Source: Oligoflexales bacterium (lineage in GTDB: Bacteria; Bdellovibrionota_B; Oligoflexia; Oligoflexales; CAIYRB01). Taken from it: a DNA stretch of 44,104 nucleotides. A program made the translations under genes and the position numbers. A model generated the notes under the pieces. The model had not been told where the DNA came from. It saw only the letters and a program-made list of their open reading frames with translations, and did not search any database. Location: positions 1-44,104 of the forward strand of contig JBGSUI010000200.1 of NCBI GenBank assembly GCA_041736175.1. Direction: 5' to 3'. Positions 36,825 to 44,104 of the stretch are shown piece after piece (positions within the stretch are counted from its first letter, which is position 1; each line of letters starts with the position of its first letter).

Positions 36825-38249
36825 ATGCTACTCCACCGTTTTAAGGTGTTTCGCCTCCTCTTTGTGGTAACGACCTTTCTCATCCATGTTTTTTTGCCAA
36901 AAAAAACTCTCGCAAAAGACAGCCGCGACGAGGATATTTTTGGCTCAAGTGCCCAAGAGTCAGCTTCACCCCCAGCTCCAGTCCCAACCCCAGTCAAATC
37001 TTCGGAAAATACCTCCAAGGCTCAGACCTCCCTTGAAGACCGGCTGCAAGTGGGCGGGCGCCTGGAGCTTAAGTATACAGCCTTTGAAAAAGAAGGCGTA
37101 AATCCCGGAAAAGGTGACTTTCAGCAGCTCAGCCGGGGAGATCTTTATTTCGATGGGCGCCCCCCAAATCTAAAGGAAAACTACCGGGGGTTTCTACGTC
37201 TAAGGTTTTCTGAATCCCATTCAGAAAGCGCAGGACAAGTCCCGACCCAACAGGTCTCCACCGAGGTCGACGAACTCTGGATCAAAGGGGACGTAAGTCA
37301 AAAGTTTTTTCTTACCCTAGGTCGCCAGCATCTTAAATGGGGCAGTGGTCGCCTATGGAATCCAACGGATTTTACAGCCTCCGTGGCGAGAGATCCCTTT
37401 GCTAGCTTTGATGCTCGGCTTGGCCAAGATCTGTTTAAGATCCATTGGCCCTGGGAAAAGGGCGGCCATAACTTTTATATGATCATCGACAGCAGCCGGG
37501 TGCGCCGCAGTGATGATTTAAGGCTGCTGTTACGGGGTGAGATCTCTCTGGGCTCCTCTGCCGAACTGGCTCTTTCCCTTAGAAAAAGCCGCGAAGGTCC
37601 CGACCAGCTCGGGATTGATTGGTCCGGTGCCCTAGGGCCACTCGATCTCTATGTGGAATCCGCCTTTCACAAGCGCAACCCCATGGTTTTTTACACGGGC
37701 CAAATCGACCCCCAGACGTTGGAAGTCCCGGTACCAGGCAAAAAAGATCACAAGACCTTAAGACAAACAGTAGTAGGTTTGCAATATGGCGTTAAATATC
37801 TCGACGATGACACCCTCACGGCTGTGCTGGAATATTTCGATAACGAGCTTGGCTATGAGGCCCGAGACCTGGAGCTCTATGCCCTGGTCCGAGGTGGCGG
37901 CACTCCCATCACCGTTGGACGTCGTTATGCCGGGCTGCTTCTAAATCTACCCTCGCCAGGGTCTTGGAATGACCTGAGCCTTTTGGGGAGTGCTATCAAA
38001 AATCTTTCAGATCAGACGGCTCTGGCTCAAGTTACAACCACCTATGCAGTGTTTGGGGGCTTGTCTATACAGGGCACCGTGAGCCGCTGCTTTGGCGACG
38101 TGGGGTCCCTGTGTTTTAGGGTTCCCGAATCTTTCAAATCTCTCGCAGCTGATCCCCGTTTGGGTCCCCAGGACCGAGAGCTTCTTGGGCGGCTGCCTAC
38201 CCAGAGGACCCTAACAGTCTTTAGTTTAGGTGTGACGATGGAGATTTAG
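36825..38249 (+). CDS. Putative outer-membrane beta-barrel protein of the LolA-like/ABC operon
   Basis: Signal peptide; DELWIK, LTLGRQHLKWGSGRLWNPTD motif; beta-strand pattern; AGGAGG RBS before ATG 36825. Confidence 0.7.
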   Translation: MLLHRFKVFRLLFVVTTFLIHVFLPKKTLAKDSRDEDIFGSSAQESASPPAPVPTPVKSSENTSKAQTSLEDRLQVGGRLELKYTAFEKEGVNPGKGDFQQLSRGDLYFDGRPPNLKENYRGFLRLRFSESHSESAGQVPTQQVSTEVDELWIKGDVSQKFFLTLGRQHLKWGSGRLWNPTDFTASVARDPFASFDARLGQDLFKIHWPWEKGGHNFYMIIDSSRVRRSDDLRLLLRGEISLGSSAELALSLRKSREGPDQLGIDWSGALGPLDLYVESAFHKRNPMVFYTGQIDPQTLEVPVPGKKDHKTLRQTVVGLQYGVKYLDDDTLTAVLEYFDNELGYEARDLELYALVRGGGTPITVGRRYAGLLLNLPSPGSWNDLSLLGSAIKNLSDQTALAQVTTTYAVFGGLSIQGTVSRCFGDVGSLCFRVPESFKSLAADPRLGPQDRELLGRLPTQRTLTVFSLGVTMEI

Positions 38250-38334
38250 AAGTCAAGGAACGTGACGTGAGCTGTAAAAAATGAGATGATAGTTGTTGTT
38301 TTTCATGAATTTCAACAACTAAGTTGTGGTTTTT

Positions 38335-39480
38335 ATGTACTCCAGAATCCTTAACTTACCTGAATTGCTACAAAAAAAGTCTTTTTTCCTGTTTGGCGCC
38401 CGTGCGACCGGCAAAAGCACCTTGATTCAATCCAGCCTTCCCGAAGCCCATGTGATCGACCTCCTGCACAACAAGACTTATACAAATTTGCTTAAGGATC
38501 CCAGCTCGCTAGAGAATCTGATCAGAGGGCACCAAAAAATCGTTGTGATAGATGAAATACAAAAGCTTCCGGTGCTCCTTGACGAAGTTCATAGGCTTAT
38601 CCAACGAAAAAAAAGAGTTTTTTTATTGACTGGGTCCAGTGCCCGCAAGCTAAAACACGGGGCAGCCAACCTTTTGGCAGGGCGGGCCCGTGAGGCCAAG
38701 TTGTTTCCCCTTTGTTCCAGGGAAATTCCCCACGGGGATTTACTCCGCCTACTCAATCATGGTGGTCTACCTGAGATCTATGACTCATCCGAGCCGGATG
38801 AAGATCTCAATGCCTATACCGCAACCTATCTTAAAGAAGAGATTAATGCGGAAGCAGTGACCCGTAATATCGCTGCCTTTGCCGAATTTCTCGATATTAT
38901 AGCCCGTTCGAATGGTCAGGAGCTAAACTACGAGAGTTTTTCGTCCGATTTACAAATCTCAACCAGCACCTTTAAGAATTATCTCCAAATTCTCGATGAT
39001 ACCTTGATTGGATTTCGTTTAAAGGGGTTTACAGAAACCACGCGACGGAAGGCTACCTCAAGGGCCAAACACTATCTTTTTGATTTAGGTGTCACGAGAT
39101 ATCTAGCTAAAACTTCGATGATTCAAGAAAAGAGCAAAGAATTTGGAGACGCCTTTGAACATTTTATTATTTTAGAAGTACGAGCTTATCTAGCCTATCA
39201 TCGAAAAAATTTAGAGATGACCTACTGGCGATCCGTCAGCCAGTTTGAAGTCGACCTTTTGATTGGAAAAGAGCTTGCCATTGAAGTCAAGGCCACAGAA
39301 AAACCCCAGGCCAAGCACCTTAAAGGTTTGCGGGCACTCGCGGAGGAAAAGATCTTTAAAAAACTCATCTGTGTCCACTGTGGCCCATTCTCTGAGATAA
39401 CTGCTGATGGTATTGAGGTTTTACCTTACCTAGAATTTTTGGATAGACTTTGGTCGGGAAAACTTCTGAGCTCTCAATAG
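38335..39480 (+). CDS. AAA_14 ATPase with DUF4143 C-terminal domain
   Basis: GARATGKST, IDEIQKLP.LLDEVH, LTGSSARKL, GGLP, K.YLFD.GV, YWR....EVD...AIEVK. Confidence 0.92.
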   Translation: MYSRILNLPELLQKKSFFLFGARATGKSTLIQSSLPEAHVIDLLHNKTYTNLLKDPSSLENLIRGHQKIVVIDEIQKLPVLLDEVHRLIQRKKRVFLLTGSSARKLKHGAANLLAGRAREAKLFPLCSREIPHGDLLRLLNHGGLPEIYDSSEPDEDLNAYTATYLKEEINAEAVTRNIAAFAEFLDIIARSNGQELNYESFSSDLQISTSTFKNYLQILDDTLIGFRLKGFTETTRRKATSRAKHYLFDLGVTRYLAKTSMIQEKSKEFGDAFEHFIILEVRAYLAYHRKNLEMTYWRSVSQFEVDLLIGKELAIEVKATEKPQAKHLKGLRALAEEKIFKKLICVHCGPFSEITADGIEVLPYLEFLDRLWSGKLLSSQ

Positions 39481-39574
39481 TAGCGAGACCATGCAGCTCC
39501 AAAGCTGATATCGTCCCTCTGTCAGCTTTATGTAAGCCCTCTGATTTATTACCCTGTCTCTCGATCCCTAACGA

Positions 39575-40648
39575 TCAATAGGGATAGGGCTGGATTTTGA
39601 CGTAAAATCCAAATTCACTGACCACAAGGCTCTGTGGGTCTAAAAGTCTCAGTATGAATTTTCGAAGAGGTGTCTTAATGGATTCTCCCGGGTCAACGGG
39701 AAGGTCTTTAGCTTTATAGTCATGTCTGATGTCTAGGGTTTTTAAAGCAGCGCCCCTATCACTTATAGAGACCATAGGGTAGACGGCTCCGATCAGGGAA
39801 ATGACCCGGGAGGTGGCATCGAGGGTCAGTCCGTCTAAAGGCGGGCCCTCTAGAGTGACGGCGACCTGGACCGGGTTGGTCACAGGAAAGGGATCCTTCA
39901 GGGTTCCCGATCCCTTGGGGAGTGAGACGCGCCAACTATAGGCCGGCAGATTGCGGGGCTTAAGCCGAACACTCCGCGCTCGCCAACAGGCCGTGAGGTC
40001 TTTGCCGTCGTAGGACTTGAGATTGCCTAGACTGTGGGCGCTAACTCCACTGCGGGCCGCTGACAGGGCCAGTCCTTTGGGTGTATCCACCACCACGACC
40101 ACATGGCCGGTGCGGTCGACGATCAGCTGCTTTTCCCGTTTATGGTAAACGAGAACATCACCAGGTTCAAAGGGCTTGTCTAAACAAGATGTCATGGAGG
40201 TTTCAAAGTCAGGGCTATAGTCATTCCACCACCTTTTTAAGATATTGGAGCCCCTCGGCATGGGCGTCATATTAAGGGAAGAGTACCGCGCAAGGGGAAA
40301 CTCAATCCCGTTTTTGTGAAAGATGTAATAGATCAGTCCCACGCAATCGTAACCCCCATCGATGGCAAGGTCATCCCCTCCCCACTTGTAGGGGGTCCCC
40401 TCGAGCCTGAGGATTTCAGATAAGGCTGCTTTAACCCGAGACTCTGGTAAGGCAGCAATCTGGGTTTCCACTTGGGTCAGGAAGGAGGCCTTCTTTTCCT
40501 TGGATAGGGAAGGTTGCAGAGGAACGGCAGCAGCTAAACTCGCCGTCCTCCCCAGGTCGATTGCCAGGATGATTCCGAGGATGATCTTTGCAAGATATCT
40601 GATTCCGTGGCGTCTTAGGGAGGGAGTCAAGGTGTGCGCATTCCACAA
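39575..40648 (-). CDS. NlpC/P60 family cell-wall peptidase with additional C-terminal domain
   Basis: GTPYKWGG...GYDCVGLIYYIF, PGDVLVY, GHVVVV; N-terminal hydrophobic segment; start uncertain. Confidence 0.8.
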   Translation of the reverse strand: MWNAHTLTPSLRRHGIRYLAKIILGIILAIDLGRTASLAAAVPLQPSLSKEKKASFLTQVETQIAALPESRVKAALSEILRLEGTPYKWGGDDLAIDGGYDCVGLIYYIFHKNGIEFPLARYSSLNMTPMPRGSNILKRWWNDYSPDFETSMTSCLDKPFEPGDVLVYHKREKQLIVDRTGHVVVVVDTPKGLALSAARSGVSAHSLGNLKSYDGKDLTACWRARSVRLKPRNLPAYSWRVSLPKGSGTLKDPFPVTNPVQVAVTLEGPPLDGLTLDATSRVISLIGAVYPMVSISDRGAALKTLDIRHDYKAKDLPVDPGESIKTPLRKFILRLLDPQSLVVSEFGFYVKIQPYPY

Positions 40649-40810
40649 TCAATTAATTTCCAAAAAGTTTATACCCATCCCTTATCTTACCACCTCCTAG
40701 GGATATATTTACAGGGAGCTGCGCCGATTATGATCTTTTTCGAGAAACCGGAACAGATACCATTGAGCTTATGTATCCCAGCATGGCTGATTTCATCCCG
40801 GAACAATGGC

Positions 40811-41170
40811 TTAGACGGTTCCAAGATGCTCTTCGCCAATATTTAAAATCTTACTCATTTTTGATAAAACGGTTTTTAATGTTTCCTCTGAAACAGCACC
40901 CATCTTACCTTTGACTCGGCCTTGAGAAAGACAACGAATCTGAAAACAATCAACGCATGATGGCTTGGCTAATCCTGTTGTTTTCTCAGGATTGATTGGA
41001 ACAAAAAATCTTTTTGAGCGATTGCTGTTATCCTCAGTTATCGGAACGACAATGATAATCTGCCATGGGTGGCCTTCGCCAACCAGAGCAAGACACGGTC
41101 GTGTTTTGCCCTTTTCTCCGCCTTTAGTTGGATCGAGATCGACCGTGATAATGTCGCCAGCATTTATCAT
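40811..41170 (-). CDS. mazF: PemK/MazF family type II toxin
   Basis: GDII.VDLDPT.GGE.GKTRPCL, IVVPIT, TGL.KPS.VDCFQIRCLS..R...MG.V. Confidence 0.92.
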   Translation of the reverse strand: MINAGDIITVDLDPTKGGEKGKTRPCLALVGEGHPWQIIIVVPITEDNSNRSKRFFVPINPEKTTGLAKPSCVDCFQIRCLSQGRVKGKMGAVSEETLKTVLSKMSKILNIGEEHLGTV

Positions 41171-41391
41171 TTAAAATCCTCACCTTCTATGGATTTAAAT
41201 GCCACATCAGGGGCGGTGTCATCCAATTCCTCAAATCCATGATTTAACCACTCTGTACGGTTTTGTTTGGCCTTAGCCAGTCTTAAAAGCGAAATGGCTT
41301 CATTGGCTAATTGGGTCTTGGTCTTGTAGCCGTACTTCTTGTAATTATTGACGAATTCTTCGTTTATGTTCGTAAGTTGGCCTAGATTCAT
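41167..41391 (-). CDS. Putative cognate antitoxin (RHH-like)
   Basis: 74 aa, acidic C-terminus, ATGA overlap with mazF, GAGGAG RBS. Confidence 0.7.
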   Translation of the reverse strand: MNLGQLTNINEEFVNNYKKYGYKTKTQLANEAISLLRLAKAKQNRTEWLNHGFEELDDTAPDVAFKSIEGEDFK

Positions 41392-41588
41392 ATTTTTGAG
41401 CTCCTCGCTATGCCTATATTCTTGATCGGAATTATAATCATAAACTTGAGCAGAAATATAATCTAAATCATTAATATATTGATTACATAGAAATTTTTAT
41501 GGCAGAGTCGTTTGACTCAAACTCCCCTGTCACATATGTTGGCGCAAAGTCGACACCTCGAATTGTCGACAGCCTTCCAGGGATAGGT

Positions 41589-42650
41589 TTACAAGTAGCC
41601 GCGCCGCTCCTGATCTTTTTCGAGAGATCGGAACAGGGCCCCGAAGTTTCCTTCGCCAAAAGCATGGTGGTTTTTTCGCTGGATGATTTCGATAAAAATG
41701 GGACCGACCACATTGCGGGTAAAGATCTGCAAGAGGTATCCCTCCTCGTCACCATCCACTAGAATTTGAAGGTCTTTAAGAGTCTTGTGGTCTTCGGTCA
41801 CATGGGGGACCCTAGTAAACACTTCTTCATAGTATTCATCATCGATCGAAAGAGTCTCGACCCCTGTCCCTTGCATAGCTTTTAAAGAGCCGACGATATC
41901 GTTGGTCAGGAAAGCCAGGTGTTGGATCCCCGCTCCCCGGTACTCCTCCAAATATTCGTTGATTTGGGATTTTTTCTCGGTTGCTTCGTTGATTGGGATG
42001 CAAAAGCTGCCGCAGGGAGACCTTAGGGCAAAGGAGGTCAATCCGGTTTTAGCCCCTCGGATATCGAAATAACGTACTTCTGTAAACCCAAAAATGTCTT
42101 TATAAAAGGCCGCCCATTGGGCCATGGTACCTTGGGGGACGTTGTTGGTCATATGATCGATCACCTCAAAACCTTTGCCCGACATAGACTGGACGGTAGG
42201 CTCTGGGACAAAACCCATATTCAAGTAATGTTTAGGGTTTTGCCATTGGTCGATCAGATAGATCAAACTATCGCCAATACCCATCAGGGCGGGGATCGGT
42301 CGGCCTGCGGAGTCAAAGTAGTCCTGTCGATTGGCTGGTTTTGCTCCGCGTTTGAGTGCGGTTTCATAGGCGAACGCGGCGTCTTGGACGCGCCATCCCA
42401 CGGCTGGGATGGAGGGGCCATGGACGGCGTTAAAGGCGGTGGCAAAGCTGTCTGCTTGGTCGTTTAGGATCAAGTTGATTTGGTTTTGCTGAAACAGTTT
42501 GATCCCGCGTTTTTGGTGCTTCATGGTGGCGGTGAAGCCAAAATCACGGAAGAGGCGTTCAAGGTCTTGGGGTTTAGGGCTGGAGAATTCAATAAATTCA
42601 AAGCCACAGATCCCGATAGGATTGTTTGCTGCTGGTATGGGTTGGGTCAT
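41589..42650 (-). CDS. hppD: 4-hydroxyphenylpyruvate dioxygenase
   Basis: NPIG.CGFEFIEF, HGPS, IDHMTNNV, SQINEYL..Y.GAGIQHLAF, LLQIFT, FIEIIQRK...FGEGNF.ALF. Confidence 0.97.
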   Translation of the reverse strand: MTQPIPAANNPIGICGFEFIEFSSPKPQDLERLFRDFGFTATMKHQKRGIKLFQQNQINLILNDQADSFATAFNAVHGPSIPAVGWRVQDAAFAYETALKRGAKPANRQDYFDSAGRPIPALMGIGDSLIYLIDQWQNPKHYLNMGFVPEPTVQSMSGKGFEVIDHMTNNVPQGTMAQWAAFYKDIFGFTEVRYFDIRGAKTGLTSFALRSPCGSFCIPINEATEKKSQINEYLEEYRGAGIQHLAFLTNDIVGSLKAMQGTGVETLSIDDEYYEEVFTRVPHVTEDHKTLKDLQILVDGDEEGYLLQIFTRNVVGPIFIEIIQRKNHHAFGEGNFGALFRSLEKDQERRGYL

Positions 42651-42679
42651 TTAAGCTTCTCCTTCATAGAACATTGGGA

Positions 42680-42707
42680 CCGGCATAGGCTCCGGCATAG
42701 GCTCCGG
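42680..42707. repeat. 12-bp tandem duplication (CCGGCATAGGCT x2.3)
   Basis: CCGGCATAGGCT CCGGCATAGGCT CCGG, 30 nt upstream of the hppD start. Confidence 0.8.
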
Positions 42708-42831
42708 ATTATAGGGGAACTTTGGCCAGAGCGCATCTCCAATCCTGCTGGTGGGTAGCTATTTTTATGATCCCAATCCAGGTCAAAGTTGGCTTTTTAA
42801 GGTCGTCCCAACCCCTGATTAAAGCTTGCTC
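42708..42831 (-). repeat. Orphan oriIS-like terminus, copy 2 (similar to 2516-2638)
   Basis: 53/60 identity of 42772-42831 to 2579-2638; ends with AAAGTTCCCCTATAAT; no transposase adjacent. Confidence 0.65.
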
Positions 42832-42896
42832 TCAAGTTTTTTTCGCTTGAAGCCGACAAGTATACCGAGTATATTTGATAAAGTTGGAGCTTTGAT

Positions 42897-43194
42897 ATGG
42901 CTCAACTTAACTTCTACGTACCTGACGAAATCGAGGATCAGGTTCGTCGCGCTGCCAAACGTCGCGGCCTAAGTATTAGTAGCGTTCTTTACTCCGTTCG
43001 ACTCGATTCCCTTCGACGACCGTGCAGCTGATTTTTATGCCACAATTAGGGCGATCCTTGCCAAAGCCGGGACGCCGATTGGCGCAAACGATTTGCTGAT
43101 CGCCGCGGTTGCTCTCGCACACGACCTGATAGTTGTCACGAGAAATAAGAAAGAGTTTACAAGCGTCCCCGGACTTCAAGTCGAAGTCTGGTGA
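42897..43194 (+). pseudogene. Internally deleted vapBC-type TA operon (RHH antitoxin N-terminus joined out of frame to VapC PIN C-terminus)
   Basis: MAQLNFYVPDEIEDQVRRAAKRRGLSISS, then in another frame IPFDDRAADFYATIRA.L..AGTPIGANDLLIAAVALAHDLIVVTRNKKEFTSVPGLQVEVW*. Confidence 0.88.
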
Positions 43195-43358
43195 TAAGAC
43201 AGTTTCCTATAGATAATTGTACCCGGTACCCGCAGCGGAGGCTGCTATAGTAAGACTAGGATCCTGCCTATAAAACTCCCGCGCAGCGTGGGCTAACCGC
43301 AATTTAACCGGAACATCGACCAAACTTTTTGGGCTTCGACCACTCCGTCGGCCAAAAG

Positions 43359-44104
43359 TCACCCCTCGACGACTTTCAGTCTTGGCGGAGACTTGGGGCG
43401 TCTGGGCATATTTACACTGGCTAATATAGCCTCAAAAATTGATTCCGGCTCCCTTCCAAAAAAGCGGCCAGCAGCGGTCGTACGGTCAGGTCTTTTTATA
43501 AAAAAATTGTGAAGGACCGTGAGGCATTGGCGCTTGCGTTTTGAGAGGCCTCTTAATCCATGGTGGCGCAATGATAGGACCCCGTTGCGCCCTTCCACGC
43601 ATGAGCTCGACCTTTGGAAGATAGCAGCAAGGCGACCGCACTCTTTGGTAATGGACTGTTGTTTTTCGGGTGTTAGGGGAGCAAAGACGCTATCTACGCC
43701 TAATGCCTCGGCCAAAAGGTTTGCGGAGAGCTTTTTGAGTGGTGCAGCATCAGTAGCGTTCATCTTTTTGGCCACGCGGCGAAGATATGCAGCGGGGATA
43801 AGCTTGGCATGAACTTGATAGGCCTGCCCAGCAGTCAGATCAAGTTTATCGACCTCTCTGCGGACATAGTTCGAAACGAAATCTATGGTACTGGCCATCC
43901 TTGGCAGGACACGCTCAGCTTTATCGATTCGCTTTAGGGAGTGCTCTGCGAGGTCCTCGCTGATAGCCTGAGTTCTGAGGCTGTCAATTCGACCTTGGAG
44001 CTTTTGGTTCATGAGGCTACTTGCCACCCGTTGACCAGTCGTCAGCTCGGCAAAATGGTAGTCTAGCCCCATACCTTTTATTTCAAGGTTCATAGCTTCC
44101 TTAA
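43359..44104 (-). CDS. DUF6399-family putative transposase, 5'-partial (frame open to window edge)
   Basis: FQRSSSCVEGRNGVLSLRHHGLRGL..RK...LTVLHNFFIKRPD.TTAA.RFFG motif. Confidence 0.75.
   Translation of the reverse strand, partial: KEAMNLEIKGMGLDYHFAELTTGQRVASSLMNQKLQGRIDSLRTQAISEDLAEHSLKRIDKAERVLPRMASTIDFVSNYVRREVDKLDLTAGQAYQVHAKLIPAAYLRRVAKKMNATDAAPLKKLSANLLAEALGVDSVFAPLTPEKQQSITKECGRLAAIFQRSSSCVEGRNGVLSLRHHGLRGLSKRKRQCLTVLHNFFIKRPDRTTAAGRFFGREPESIFEAILASVNMPRRPKSPPRLKVVEG

Noticed and set aside
7393..43812. Numerous 60-150 aa ORFs antisense to or nested in long genes (e.g. 33856-34320, 21103-21501, 29006-29395, 42117-42467)
   Set aside because: Shadow frames of well-supported genes with no independent motif or RBS support.

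Overview
Accessory-rich bacterial chromosomal segment; gene content suggests a Bdellovibrionota/Oligoflexia-like or deltaproteobacterial host (inference only). The first ~4.3 kb is a graveyard of mobile elements. It holds the 3' end of a group II intron with an atypical domain V, IS91/ISCR-family transposase remnants (one fused in frame to a zinc-peptidase domain, one interrupted by a 141-bp palindromic insert), an oriIS-like end, a Fis-HTH stub and a tRNA-Pro 3' fragment (att-like) next to an AIPR defence gene. Next comes a salt/osmotic-stress block (nhaA, GH15, membrane-anchored otsA, otsB, MarR, GH32/GH68-like lipoprotein) and an MnmC-like methyltransferase. The most interesting locus is a five-gene minus-strand operon: PqqD/RRE, ATP-grasp ligase, atypical DAP-decarboxylase-family enzyme with a lasso-leader-like YxxP N-terminus, urea-transporter-like/M23 peptidase fusion, and a TPR/outer-membrane protein. 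The rest has PhyH, a zrgABC-like zinc ABC system, an HDAC-family deacetylase, a LolD/FtsX/FtsX/LolA-like/OMP transport operon, AAA_14-DUF4143, NlpC/P60, an intact PemK/MazF TA pair, two decayed TA modules, hppD and a 5'-partial DUF6399 putative transposase. All family calls come from motif recognition by eye; no database search was run.
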